UHGV virus genome: UHGV-1373462
Length of the DNA: 36,529 nt
Direction: 5' to 3' (one strand)
From: a virus
The notes beneath the pieces are model-generated. The model ran no database searches, was not told where the DNA came from, and saw nothing but the letters and a program-made list of their open reading frames with translations. Each line of letters opens with the position of its first letter. Within the stretch, counting starts at the first letter, position 1. Of the stretch, positions 9,272-18,389 are shown piece by piece. Both the position numbers and the translations under genes were made by a program.

Positions 9272-9731
9272 GCTTCGGCCACTCTCTGTTTAGCGCAATA
9301 TCCAGTAACGACTGGCCAGCCAGCCATTCCGGGTAATTCCCCCAGCCAGAAGGCGGTAACGGGCGTTCCCATAATTCCAGCGTTGCGCTGTACTGCCAGT
9401 ATTTTGGCGCGACCAGCGTCGGCCCTTCGTAAATATCCACGAACCTGGCTTTATAGGGCTTTACCCCGATGGGAGTCTGGAGTTTCAGATAGAACCAGGA
9501 CTGGCCATCTTTAAGCGCATCCCTGAAAAACGCCTCAAACACCTGCGCCAGAGCATCAGTTTTAAAAATCCATTTAACTGATGCCTGGGTGGGTGTTGAG
9601 GTATATCGCCTTCGTTGTTGAGCGCGACCGGACGTCATCTCCGTTCGCAGTAAAGGTGATATGGGCTTAAACCCGTACCCGTCCATAAGCGGCATGGGCA
9701 GGTATTCATCCGGGTAGAAAATATCTGCCAT
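9258..9731 (-). CDS. Minor tail protein (first gene after the tape measure)
   Basis: 157-aa ORF immediately downstream of the tape measure gene, in the position of lambda M. Confidence 0.5.
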   Translation of the reverse strand: MADIFYPDEYLPMPLMDGYGFKPISPLLRTEMTSGRAQQRRRYTSTPTQASVKWIFKTDALAQVFEAFFRDALKDGQSWFYLKLQTPIGVKPYKARFVDIYEGPTLVAPKYWQYSATLELWERPLPPSGWGNYPEWLAGQSLLDIALNREWPKHDNS

Positions 9732-9751
9732 GAATATTCCCTCCGGGCAGG

Positions 9752-12700
9752 TTATCGTGGTTTTTTGGACTGTAGATTGGAGTAAATAGCCCGGCCGAAT
9801 TTCTTCTGTGGATTATCTACCTCTGCGGTTAAGGTGTTAATTATCCGCTGTTCAAGAGCGTTATTTCTTCGCTCAACAGCCTGCATCGTTATGTCATCCG
9901 GTTTGCCGGTGAACGTGCTTCGTGCGTCCACGCTAACAGCTATCCGTGGCTGCGCCTGAATCTGATTTGCTGCGTTCTGTACCGCCGGAGACTCTCGACC
10001 AACCGCACGAACCCCCAGCGAGCCATCAGCGCCACGGGTAAGCGGCATGATGGCTTCCGGCCCGGCCTCGCCGAATACACCCGCCCCTTTCGCAAACGCA
10101 AAATATTGGGGAGTGCTGTAAACACCATTGCTGTAGGCAGAAAGTGACTCAGAATCGTAAACGCCTCCGAGAGCGTTGAATGAAAAATTAGCTCCCGCGC
10201 TTTGAATAGCGGTACCACTACTTGCCGCACCGCTGGCACCGCCAAAAAGACTACCGAACAACCCACCCGCTCCGCCGCCAAATGACGCCATAATCGCTTT
10301 GGTGATTAACGCCTGTGTTGCCATCTGGATCAGCGTCTTAATCACCGTTTCGCCCAGGGAAGAGAAAATATTTGACATCCCATCTTTAAAAGAAGCAGCG
10401 CCTGTCAGGACGTTTGTCAGGTTGTTGGAGATAGAGTTAGTGGTGGCATCCAGAATCTCGCTGGTTGCAGTGGCAGCCATTGAACTCAGATCAGAAGCCT
10501 GATCGGCATAGTTCATCAGGGAATCGCTGATCCCCGCGCGCCAGTCTGACTGCTGTTCATCGGTTTTTTTGTAATACTCCTCCTGAATATCCAGGCGTTC
10601 GGCAAGCGCTGTTTTAAGCGCTTCCGTTTGCTTTTTATACAGGTCTTCGGAAATCTGCCCACGACTGAAATCACGCTGTAAGTCACGCTGCTGCCTGAGA
10701 AAATCAGCACGAATATCCGCCATTTCCTTCATTCGGTCACGGGCTTTATCCCCCTGTCCCGCGCCGAGGAAATCGATATTCCCCCTTTCCCGGGCGGCAG
10801 CATTACTGTCGGCCAGACCTTCGCGGAATGTTTTTAACTGTTCAGCGATATTTTTCTGATCAATAAGCGCCGCATTGTGCAGCAACGTTTCCTTTTTGGA
10901 TTTTTCAAGCGAAGATAATTCCCCCTGAGTAACCTGATATTTCATCTTTGCCAGTTCAGTGTTTTGGCTGGAAAGAGCAATTTGCTCCCGTTGCTGTTTA
11001 ATCAGCCGGGTATAGGTATCTTCGGTTTTCTCCGCCTCGGTTTTCCCATGCCTTCCTTTTGGCTTGGGTTTATTTTCCTGGTTGTTTCTCCATTCATTCA
11101 GGCCGTTATTAATCAACTCCTGCCGTCCTGTCTGAAACTGTGGGTCGTTAGTTAACCCCAGGTCATCCGCAGCATAACCCAGTCGTGCGCGCTCTTTGTC
11201 CTCACCTTTGAGTTTTGAAAGCGCCAGATCACGACGGCTTTTTTCAAGTGCAGCCGTTTGCTGGGTTGTCAGATCCACCTGTGGTAAGCGTAGTGGTGCG
11301 TTTACCAGCCCCTGCCGGGCCATGAGGAGATTATTTCCGAGACCCAGCAAACGGTTAAATTCAGTATGCTCACCGTTCATCATTAATAACGATTGATATG
11401 CTGAATTCTGTTCTGCGGCCTGCTGCCGGATTAATGCTATTCGCCTGTTCTCTATCCCTTCCAGTACCGACTGGATCGACTCAGACTTAGCCTGCATCTG
11501 AGTCAGCCTCTCCTGTTCAACGGCCAGAGCGGAAGTCGCTTCTTCCAGACTACGGGTGACCGTTTCAACCGAAGTAAGGTGGTTTATCATGAAACCGCCA
11601 CTGGTTGTCGGCCCGGGGTTGGACAGAACATACTGATAACCCGCGATCTCTTCCTTCAGGCTTTTTACTTTTGATGCCTGTGCATCAACAAGACGGTTTT
11701 GCTCCTCCAGCGCCTGACGGGTTTTGGTCTCATTATCAGAAACTTCGGGCAGGGACATTGATTTTGTCTTTTCACGGACTGCATCAATGGTGTTTGCATA
11801 TTCCTGAGCGGATAAGCTGGCCTGTTCCTGATTCTGGTACATCGTGTACCAGGCACCGGCACCAAGCAAAACCAGCCCTGGAATACCGCCAACGAGGCTT
11901 AATGCTCCCCCCATGAGCCGGGAACCTACAGCAGTAACCGAGTTCAGCGCAGTCTGAGCGGATACTCTGGCCTGAATATTACGGTTAAGTGACTCCTGCG
12001 CCAGTGAGAGCCGTTTTTCTGCGGCGGCCTGCGCGTCTGTACCCCGAGCCGCTGCCAGTGCCTGCTGGGCACGATAAACTGCAGCACGCGCGCGAGCTGT
12101 CGAAACCTGCGTCCCTCTGACCTGGGCTTCAGCTAAAGCTACTTCGCTTTTTGCGGCGTTAATAATCCCAGCCGTTGCAGAGCTGGCACCAAGAGCCATA
12201 TTTCCCAAATATCGGGCTGCACCAACGGCAACAAGCGCTCCGGCAGCAGTGGCGACCTGATCAATATTGTTGGCTACGCCATCAAGTAATCCGGTCAGGG
12301 TATTTGTCGCGCCACTAGCTTCATTAGCTCCACCGACCCATTGCATAAAAGCGTTTTCAACTTTTGTTGCCGACGATGAAACAGTCTGCGGCAATTCACC
12401 ATATTCATTCCGTAGCTTACCAAGCTGGCTGATGAGGGCGGGCACTACTTTATCAATGGTTAACTGCCCCTGATCCGCCATAGATTTAAGATCTTTACGC
12501 GCAACCCCCATCCCTGCCGCAAGCGCCCGTATAACCCTGTCGCCGCTCTCGTTGACGGCATTGAATTCTTCGCCTCTCAGTACGCCCTGTGCCAGAGCCT
12601 GGCTAAACTGAGTGATGACCGAACTGGACTCCTGAGCATTCGCGCCAGAAAGTTTTAAACCAGTAGAAATAGCCTCAGTAATATCCAGCACCTGGCTGGA

Positions 12701-13138
12701 GCTGTAACCATATTCCCGCATTGAGGCTGCTGAACGGGAAAATAAATTAGCGTTGTCAGAAAAAGATGTGCCCGTTTTCTGGCTGATATCCATCAGCTGT
12801 TTTTGAGAGCTGGTAAAATCATCAGTTGATTGAGATGCCTGTTTTAGGCGGGCGTTTACTGAATTCCATTCATCAGCCAGGGATATTAAATGCCCCGTAG
12901 CAAAAGCACCAGCAAATGCCCCGGTCAATCCAAGTGCGGTAGCCTTTGCTGACTCCATCTGGTCAGTTAGCTCAGCAACAGAACGGCGAGTTTCCCGAAC
13001 TGAAGCCGCAGCCTGCCTGCCGCCATTCTGCATTGTCTTATAATAATCAGCCCCCATACGTGACGCGCGGGCTATCTCGGTCTGGAATGACTGAGAGTTA
13101 GCAGAAACTTTAATGATAAGTTCACGCAGGGTTGCCAT
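9752..13138 (-). CDS. Tail tape measure protein
   Basis: 1128 aa, Ala/Gln-rich coiled-coil composition. It follows the G/T chaperone pair. SD is GAGGAAATG. Confidence 0.9.
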   Translation of the reverse strand: MATLRELIIKVSANSQSFQTEIARASRMGADYYKTMQNGGRQAAASVRETRRSVAELTDQMESAKATALGLTGAFAGAFATGHLISLADEWNSVNARLKQASQSTDDFTSSQKQLMDISQKTGTSFSDNANLFSRSAASMREYGYSSSQVLDITEAISTGLKLSGANAQESSSVITQFSQALAQGVLRGEEFNAVNESGDRVIRALAAGMGVARKDLKSMADQGQLTIDKVVPALISQLGKLRNEYGELPQTVSSSATKVENAFMQWVGGANEASGATNTLTGLLDGVANNIDQVATAAGALVAVGAARYLGNMALGASSATAGIINAAKSEVALAEAQVRGTQVSTARARAAVYRAQQALAAARGTDAQAAAEKRLSLAQESLNRNIQARVSAQTALNSVTAVGSRLMGGALSLVGGIPGLVLLGAGAWYTMYQNQEQASLSAQEYANTIDAVREKTKSMSLPEVSDNETKTRQALEEQNRLVDAQASKVKSLKEEIAGYQYVLSNPGPTTSGGFMINHLTSVETVTRSLEEATSALAVEQERLTQMQAKSESIQSVLEGIENRRIALIRQQAAEQNSAYQSLLMMNGEHTEFNRLLGLGNNLLMARQGLVNAPLRLPQVDLTTQQTAALEKSRRDLALSKLKGEDKERARLGYAADDLGLTNDPQFQTGRQELINNGLNEWRNNQENKPKPKGRHGKTEAEKTEDTYTRLIKQQREQIALSSQNTELAKMKYQVTQGELSSLEKSKKETLLHNAALIDQKNIAEQLKTFREGLADSNAAARERGNIDFLGAGQGDKARDRMKEMADIRADFLRQQRDLQRDFSRGQISEDLYKKQTEALKTALAERLDIQEEYYKKTDEQQSDWRAGISDSLMNYADQASDLSSMAATATSEILDATTNSISNNLTNVLTGAASFKDGMSNIFSSLGETVIKTLIQMATQALITKAIMASFGGGAGGLFGSLFGGASGAASSGTAIQSAGANFSFNALGGVYDSESLSAYSNGVYSTPQYFAFAKGAGVFGEAGPEAIMPLTRGADGSLGVRAVGRESPAVQNAANQIQAQPRIAVSVDARSTFTGKPDDITMQAVERRNNALEQRIINTLTAEVDNPQKKFGRAIYSNLQSKKPR

Positions 13139-13154
13139 TTCATTTCCTCAGAAA

Positions 13155-13185
13155 CAAAAAGCCCCACATTGTGGGGCTTTTTTAT
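13155..13185. terminator. Bidirectional rho-independent terminator between the moron and the tape measure gene
   Basis: A hairpin GCCCCAC-ATT-GTGGGGC (13161-13177) is flanked by an A-run on one side and a T-run on the other. Confidence 0.6.
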
Positions 13186-13198
13186 GATTTCAATATTA

Positions 13199-13432
13199 TT
13201 AAATTAAACCAGCTTTTTTCCTTGCTTCTTCCAGATAATCTTTTTCTGGTTCCTCTTTTTTATGAACAAGTGCAATCAGAAGATCAATTTGAGCACTTTG
13301 CTTTTCAGAGATTTCTTTAAGCATTGCGATCTGATCATTAGCTCTTACGCTTCCTCTGTTCAGGAAATACCAGATAACAAGATCAATAAGGCGAGCAAAA
13401 ACAAATAATAATATCCAGCCAGTAGTAGTCAT
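13199..13432 (-). CDS. Moron: small membrane-anchored coiled-coil protein at the T/TMP junction (the position of the HK97 gp15 superinfection-exclusion moron)
   Basis: 77 aa with an N-terminal TM helix (WILLFVFARLIDLVIWYF) followed by charged helical sequence. It is strongly AT-rich relative to its neighbours. It has its own downstream terminator. Its position is identical to HK97 gene 15. Confidence 0.55.
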   Translation of the reverse strand: MTTTGWILLFVFARLIDLVIWYFLNRGSVRANDQIAMLKEISEKQSAQIDLLIALVHKKEEPEKDYLEEARKKAGLI

Positions 13433-13505
13433 TTAAAGCACTCCGTGTGTCAAAAAAAACAACATAACACCTGTTATGAGTAGCATCCACACGAATTATT
13501 ACTGG

Positions 13506-13811
13506 CTATGCTGACGCAGCCAGCAGCGCCGCTTCCAGCCCTGCAAAGGGATCGCCGCCGTCGTTTACCTCAATCTCTTCTGTGCTCCACTGAAGCTGAG
13601 CATCTTCAATGGTGACTTTAACGCCCTGCGCTCCGTAAACCGCAGATACCAGCTGAGCATTGAGGATATCGCCGCGAATATCGCCGATTGGGCTGATACG
13701 GTCGTACTCAGCCCACATCCTGAATTCGCCAACCGTCATGGTTTGTCGCAGTTCGCCCAGCGTGCGGCCCATCCGGAGCGCCAGCGCCATCAGGAACTGC
13801 ATGCCAGGCAT
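13506..13811 (-). CDS. Tail assembly protein T-like (expressed as a G-T fusion by frameshift)
   Basis: This ORF lies in the -1 frame relative to G. Its frame is open for 4 codons upstream of its ATG, back to inside the last two sense codons of G. The arrangement matches the conserved G/GT layout. Confidence 0.6.
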   Translation of the reverse strand: MPGMQFLMALALRMGRTLGELRQTMTVGEFRMWAEYDRISPIGDIRGDILNAQLVSAVYGAQGVKVTIEDAQLQWSTEEIEVNDGGDPFAGLEAALLAASA

Positions 13812-13823
13812 TTTTACTTTGCT
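13812..13823 (-). promoter_or_regulatory. Candidate programmed -1 ribosomal frameshift window (G to GT)
   Basis: The minus-strand sequence AGCAAAGTAAAAATG contains the G stop. The T frame is open from AGC. A Lys AAG to AAA slip at GCAAAG would fuse G to T (...AKAKVKMPGMQ...). Confidence 0.35.
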
Positions 13824-14218
13824 TTAGCATCATCCGCGTCACGAATGAGATCAAGTGCCTGCTTCAACAGCCGGGAATGCACAGGGCCATAGATCGCTTC
13901 AACCTGTTCGGTGTCATCGACAGTAAAGACGGGCTGCAGGTCGGTATCCAGCAAAATATCGATGAAAAGCGTGACGTCGGCCCGCATCGTGCGGAAGGCT
14001 CGTTCTGAAGGGGTCAGTTCTGGTGCCTCCTGGTGCTCCTGCCCTTCCGGTAGTTTGGGTGGTTCCGGGCTGGCAATGCCCTGCCAGCGAATCCAGGCTT
14101 CTGCTGATGGCTCACGAATGATGACTTTGGCGTTATCCCACTCCGGAACGGAGACTTCTTTTTTACGAAAGCCCGCCATCGGTGCAAGTGCCAGTGCTTT
14201 AAGACTCGGTTTTGACAT
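13814..14218 (-). CDS. Tail assembly chaperone (gpG-like)
   Basis: 134-aa acidic ORF between the major tail and tape measure genes. It ends ...DDAKAK. Confidence 0.65.
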   Translation of the reverse strand: MSKPSLKALALAPMAGFRKKEVSVPEWDNAKVIIREPSAEAWIRWQGIASPEPPKLPEGQEHQEAPELTPSERAFRTMRADVTLFIDILLDTDLQPVFTVDDTEQVEAIYGPVHSRLLKQALDLIRDADDAKAK

Positions 14219-14248
14219 TAATTTTATCGCCGGTCTCCCGGCGCTCCG

Positions 14249-14953
14249 TTAATTGATGGTGACGGTGCAATCAGAAGAAGTGATCACAGTGCCATCGGCA
14301 TCAGTAACCACGCAGGAATAAACCCCGGCATCACCGGATACAGCGCTGGCTTTCGTAAACGTTGCGCTGGTCTGGCCGCTGACCGTCGAGGTGCCCTTTT
14401 TCCAGGCGTAGGTATAAGGTGCCGTACCGCCCTGGACGACCACGCCCATGGTCAGGGCGCTTCCTGCCGCGACCGTTTGGGACGCCGGAAGGTCAGTAGC
14501 AAACGACAGAACTCCTGGGGCGTTAATATTGGTGGGTTTACCTTTCAGACGCAGCGAGAACGTTGCAGCAACTACGCCATTGGTTTGAGAATCCCAGGTG
14601 TGCTGACGTACCTCAGCGCGCATCAGGAATCCATTACCAGACGGGAAAATAACCTTAAACCCATAAACCCCGTCGTTATCATATGCTTCACGAAGTGCAT
14701 CCTGCGCCGGGTTGCGGTAGAAGTTACCGGAAAGTGACATTTCAGACGGAGCAGGAAGGCCGTTGATATTTTCCGTTTCATCCGAACAGAGCGTTGTCAC
14801 GTCAATATCGTTTTTCTGACCAGCGGTAAAGCTTGCCTGTTTGATAGTGCAACTCAGGTTTAACCAGGTTGCGGTATCCAGCTCTGCCGAGGTGACCGGC
14901 ACAGAGGTAATCATTACTACCGTTTTTTGGGCACGTTCAAATAGTGCTGACAT
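14249..14953 (-). CDS. Major tail protein with C-terminal Ig-like domain
   Basis: The start at 14953 (MSALFERAQ) is preferred because of SD GGAGG 7 nt upstream. The C-terminus has a Big_2-like segment (TAPYTYAWKKG...YSCVVTD). Confidence 0.8.
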   Translation of the reverse strand: MSALFERAQKTVVMITSVPVTSAELDTATWLNLSCTIKQASFTAGQKNDIDVTTLCSDETENINGLPAPSEMSLSGNFYRNPAQDALREAYDNDGVYGFKVIFPSGNGFLMRAEVRQHTWDSQTNGVVAATFSLRLKGKPTNINAPGVLSFATDLPASQTVAAGSALTMGVVVQGGTAPYTYAWKKGTSTVSGQTSATFTKASAVSGDAGVYSCVVTDADGTVITSSDCTVTIN

Positions 14954-14965
14954 CGCAGCCTCCAT

Positions 14966-14990
14966 AAATGAAAAAACCGCCAGCGGCGGT
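14966..14990 (-). terminator. Internal rho-independent terminator/attenuator upstream of the major tail gene
   Basis: On the minus strand, CCGCC-GCT-GGCGG is followed by TTTTTTCATTT. Confidence 0.45.
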
Positions 14991-15009
14991 CGGATTGGAT
15001 TGGTTTTTG

Positions 15010-15357
15010 TCAGGCAATGACCGTTATTTCGAGGGTTGCCCGATGAAGATGGGTTGTCGTGTCGTAGCCAGGAATTTTTGTCACCTCGACAGGTGAAAGA
15101 ACCTGCAGGCGAGCCAGGGCGTCCAGGCGTAACGCTCTGGCTTCGTCATTCGTTTCAGCCCATACATCAACCTGAATGCGCAGTGTCGACTCTGCCTGGC
15201 CGCAGAAAACATCCCCGGCAACATCAGTCGGTATCGAGAAAATGACATAGGGAGTGGAAACTGCAGGAAGTCCGTCGCTGCCTAGCGGCACCACATACGG
15301 ATAAACCCGCCCGTCTGCCAGCGTCGACAGCAGGTCATAGAGATCATCCTCTGTCAT
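15010..15357 (-). CDS. Tail completion / head-tail joining protein (gp11-like)
   Basis: 115-aa ORF between the gp10-like and major tail genes, overlapping the upstream gene by ATGA. Confidence 0.55.
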   Translation of the reverse strand: MTEDDLYDLLSTLADGRVYPYVVPLGSDGLPAVSTPYVIFSIPTDVAGDVFCGQAESTLRIQVDVWAETNDEARALRLDALARLQVLSPVEVTKIPGYDTTTHLHRATLEITVIA

Positions 15358-15803
15358 TTTGATAACACCTCATCGATAGCCTGATTCATCCGCTGCATCG
15401 CCACCTGCGTAGCTTCTTCCATGCGGGTATCAAAAGCTGGGCGAACAAACGGATGTGCAGGCGCTGTAGATGTTCCCAACTCCACGAAGCGCCAGTAAAA
15501 CGCATTCCGCTTGTTGCTGGCCTTCATGGTGTTGTCGCTGTTCCCCGTTCGCGGGTTAACGCCACGAATATGCACCCCAGATGAAATTTCACCGCGACGG
15601 CGACTTTTCTGGGTGACGACAACAACGTTTTTCTTCAGTTTTCCGGATTTCTCAGGAGCGCGATCAATCACCTCCTCGCGGAGCAATTCGGCACCAGCAC
15701 GGGTCGACTCCCGGAGAACTTTATTATTTTCGGCCTTGCTGAGCGTTTGCAGATCGCGGGCAATATCCTGCAACCCGGAAAAATCCAGATTCACATCAAT
15801 CAT
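15354..15803 (-). CDS. HK97 gp10-family head-tail protein
   Basis: 149 aa, sitting after the head closure protein in the head-tail connector cluster. Confidence 0.65.
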   Translation of the reverse strand: MIDVNLDFSGLQDIARDLQTLSKAENNKVLRESTRAGAELLREEVIDRAPEKSGKLKKNVVVVTQKSRRRGEISSGVHIRGVNPRTGNSDNTMKASNKRNAFYWRFVELGTSTAPAHPFVRPAFDTRMEEATQVAMQRMNQAIDEVLSK

Positions 15804-16138
15804 TTTTCGGTCCCCTGTTTGCAGAGAATTTCCAGCCGGGTACCTTTTATATCCGGAACCGGAGGCCCAGTGACATTCAGGACCGCATCTTTGTATGGGC
15901 CATTCAGTACTTTCAAACGGGAAGAAGCTGAGATGTCTGTACGAAAACGCACCCAGACGCGAATGGTGGCATCAGCACGCTCAACGCCAGCGGCTAGCAA
16001 CTCCCTACCGCTGATCCCTTTAACCTCGGCCCAGATAGTTTTTCCATCAGTCCAGCTTTCTACCGGCTGGCCGGAAGGTGTTTTTGATATTGTGAAGTTC
16101 TGAATAGTGACGCGATGCCGTAATCGTCCTGCCTGCAT
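15800..16138 (-). CDS. Head closure / head-tail adaptor protein
   Basis: 112 aa, ATGA-coupled to the next gene, in the conserved HK97-like order. Confidence 0.65.
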   Translation of the reverse strand: MQAGRLRHRVTIQNFTISKTPSGQPVESWTDGKTIWAEVKGISGRELLAAGVERADATIRVWVRFRTDISASSRLKVLNGPYKDAVLNVTGPPVPDIKGTRLEILCKQGTEK

Positions 16139-16146
16139 AATTCCTC

Positions 16147-16464
16147 CTAGAGCGGAATATAGCGGTACGGCTCTATCAGTGATGTAAAGCCAAATGGGAT
16201 GCTGGTTTTTGCTGCGTCTGACGACTCTTCTCTGTTTTCATACCAGTGCCCGACAAGCAGCATCAACGCCAGGAGAATGTCGTCAGCAATCACCAGCCCG
16301 TCAGGATCAGTTTCCGGCACTTCGTCTTCATAAAGATGGCGGTTGATGAAGTTCTCCGCCTTTCGGCGCGCAGCACCATAATAGAGCGTAAGCACCTCAT
16401 CTTCCGTGGTGTCGTCGATATCAATCCGGCACTGAGCCCGTAACTTCTCAATCGTTGTGCTCAT
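16147..16464 (-). CDS. gp6-like head-tail connector (DNA packaging) protein
   Basis: 105 aa. The acidic N-terminal half is typical of gp6-like connectors. It lies immediately after the major capsid gene. Confidence 0.7.
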   Translation of the reverse strand: MSTTIEKLRAQCRIDIDDTTEDEVLTLYYGAARRKAENFINRHLYEDEVPETDPDGLVIADDILLALMLLVGHWYENREESSDAAKTSIPFGFTSLIEPYRYIPL

Positions 16465-16476
16465 ATGTTTTCCCTG

Positions 16477-16518
16477 GCCCGCAGCGAACTGCGGGCATAA
16501 AAAAACCGCCGGAGCGGT
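16477..16518 (-). terminator. Rho-independent terminator downstream of the major capsid gene
   Basis: On the minus strand, ACCGC-TCCG-GCGGT is followed by TTTTTTTAT. A second 8-bp hairpin follows: GCCCGCAG-TTCG-CTGCGGGC. Confidence 0.6.
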
Positions 16519-16541
16519 GGAGGTTGAAGCTGATTGTTGCC

Positions 16542-17780
16542 TTAGCCGCCAGATGCCGGTTTACCCACCAGCGCCTTAATCGCGCCAGTATCTTCCAGTA
16601 CGCAGTCGAAGCGGTGGAAGGCCAGGAAGCCAGTCTGATCGTACTCTGCGTAGCGCTCAACCAGTCGTTTCAGCGTCATGTAAGTGACGCGACGAACGAT
16701 AAAGCGGTTAAAATCGCCGAAGTAGGCAAATTTGGCACCGGCCGCGATATCAGGAATAGCCTGGTCAACGACATACGGCACCTGCAGAACAGTGGCAGGT
16801 GCGCCACCGATAATGTTCGGTAACCAGAGCGGGCGGCCCTGTCCGTCCTCCATTTCCTCCACCAGCTGCAACGTTGCATCGTTAAAGGCCCAGCGCACCT
16901 TTGGACCGTTACGGTATGCCGGGTCGACAGAGTGCTTCAGTGCGTTCAGCTCTTTCCAGGTAAAGGTGGTCGCTGCTGCGGTATTTTTGGTGCCAGTTAC
17001 CGACGCAGCCAACCCTTTAGGCTGCAGCGGGGTGCCGGTGCCGGTCCCTAATACCAGATACTTCGCTTCACCACGTCCGATGCGAGTGGCGATACGCGCG
17101 GCCAGGAACGCCTCGATATCTACGCCGCTGTCCTGGAGCAGTTCATTGGATACGCGAATGATTTTAGAGGACAGTTTTTTAGCCCCCAGCGTTGCACCGC
17201 CGAAAGACACGTCTTCTTCACTGGTTTCAGTGTTTTCGCCCAGCAGTTCACCTTCTTCAGTAGTACCGTCAGAGGTTGCCCAGTCAATGTCCTGGCCGTT
17301 GGCGGTATTCAGAATTTGCGCCACACTGGCAATTCCACCGTAATCTTTCAGTGCTTCGACGATCTTATTTCGGAACTGGGTTGGTACGGTGTAACCCCCT
17401 TTTTCATCCGGCGTCGTGCCCTGAGCACGCAGCTCCTTTAAAGCCTGGCGTTCTTCAGCGCTCATCTCGCCAAGACCACGGCGCAAAAACGCATTAAACG
17501 CCGCAGCACGGCGTTCGTTAGCCTGTGCTTCCGGGTTTGCTGGATCACGATTCTGCTGCTGGCGCTGTTCCGGCTCGTTTTCGTGGATATAGTCCTGATC
17601 CTGGCGGCGCAGTTCCTCTTCGCGTGCAATACGCTCATCAAGAGCGTCAAGCTCCGATTTTGCAGCGTTCCACTGAGTACGCTGCTCATCGGTCCAGGGT
17701 GTATCGCCAATTTTGTCATGCAGGGCACGCATATCTTTGGCGATGATGTTACGTTTTTGCTTCATTTCATGCAGTTTCAT
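16542..17780 (-). CDS. Major capsid protein, HK97 family (with N-terminal delta/scaffold domain)
   Basis: 412 aa. The N-terminal approximately 100 aa are coiled coil, followed by an HK97-fold body. It follows the prohead protease. Confidence 0.9.
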   Translation of the reverse strand: MKLHEMKQKRNIIAKDMRALHDKIGDTPWTDEQRTQWNAAKSELDALDERIAREEELRRQDQDYIHENEPEQRQQQNRDPANPEAQANERRAAAFNAFLRRGLGEMSAEERQALKELRAQGTTPDEKGGYTVPTQFRNKIVEALKDYGGIASVAQILNTANGQDIDWATSDGTTEEGELLGENTETSEEDVSFGGATLGAKKLSSKIIRVSNELLQDSGVDIEAFLAARIATRIGRGEAKYLVLGTGTGTPLQPKGLAASVTGTKNTAAATTFTWKELNALKHSVDPAYRNGPKVRWAFNDATLQLVEEMEDGQGRPLWLPNIIGGAPATVLQVPYVVDQAIPDIAAGAKFAYFGDFNRFIVRRVTYMTLKRLVERYAEYDQTGFLAFHRFDCVLEDTGAIKALVGKPASGG

Positions 17781-17789
17781 GATTTTTCC

Positions 17790-18389
17790 TTACGCGTTAA
17801 GAAGGGTCAGCAGGCGCTCACGCGCCATTCGTTGATTAATGGCGTTCTTTAGCGCACCGCTGTCGCGCGCCTCCTGCCAGGCTTTCATCGATCGGACGCC
17901 GGAGTCGGCCTCCTGATATGCGGGATAAGTCACCGGACTGACATCAAACAGCCGGGAAAACTTCGATATTTCACGAATAACGATCCCTTCATCGTCCTGG
18001 TACCAATTTTCACCGTCATGGGATACCCGGAAGGCAAAAGATGACTGGTTAATGTCACCGCGCATCATCGGCGCTAGCACCAGATCGCGGATAGTTTGCG
18101 TATCCGGCGCTGTAATGTCGTAACGCAGGCCGCGCTCATCGACAGACAGGGATAGCGTCCCGGCAGCGCTCCGTCCCAGAATAAAGTTGGGGTCATGGTT
18201 AAACAGCCCGCGAACATCATCATTCAGCACATCGTCAAATGCTCCGGGCTTGATGATTTCACGGAATCCCCACAGGGGTTCAGAACGGCTGTTGAACACC
18301 GAGCCATAGCCCAGAATGCGGGTAGGTTCATCGGTGCGTTGCTCGGCTCTGACCTCCCCGCTGTAACAGCGCGTTTCACGGTCATTCAT
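17790..18389 (-). CDS. Prohead protease, HK97 family
   Basis: 199 aa, between the portal and capsid genes. Confidence 0.85.
   Translation of the reverse strand: MNDRETRCYSGEVRAEQRTDEPTRILGYGSVFNSRSEPLWGFREIIKPGAFDDVLNDDVRGLFNHDPNFILGRSAAGTLSLSVDERGLRYDITAPDTQTIRDLVLAPMMRGDINQSSFAFRVSHDGENWYQDDEGIVIREISKFSRLFDVSPVTYPAYQEADSGVRSMKAWQEARDSGALKNAINQRMARERLLTLLNA

Noticed and set aside
16732-17343. 203-aa plus-strand ORF antisense to the major capsid gene, and similar antisense ORFs within the TMP, portal and TerL genes
   Set aside because: They are fully embedded in highly confident structural genes on the opposite strand. They are Ser/Pro/Ala-rich, which is typical of antisense frames of GC-rich genes.
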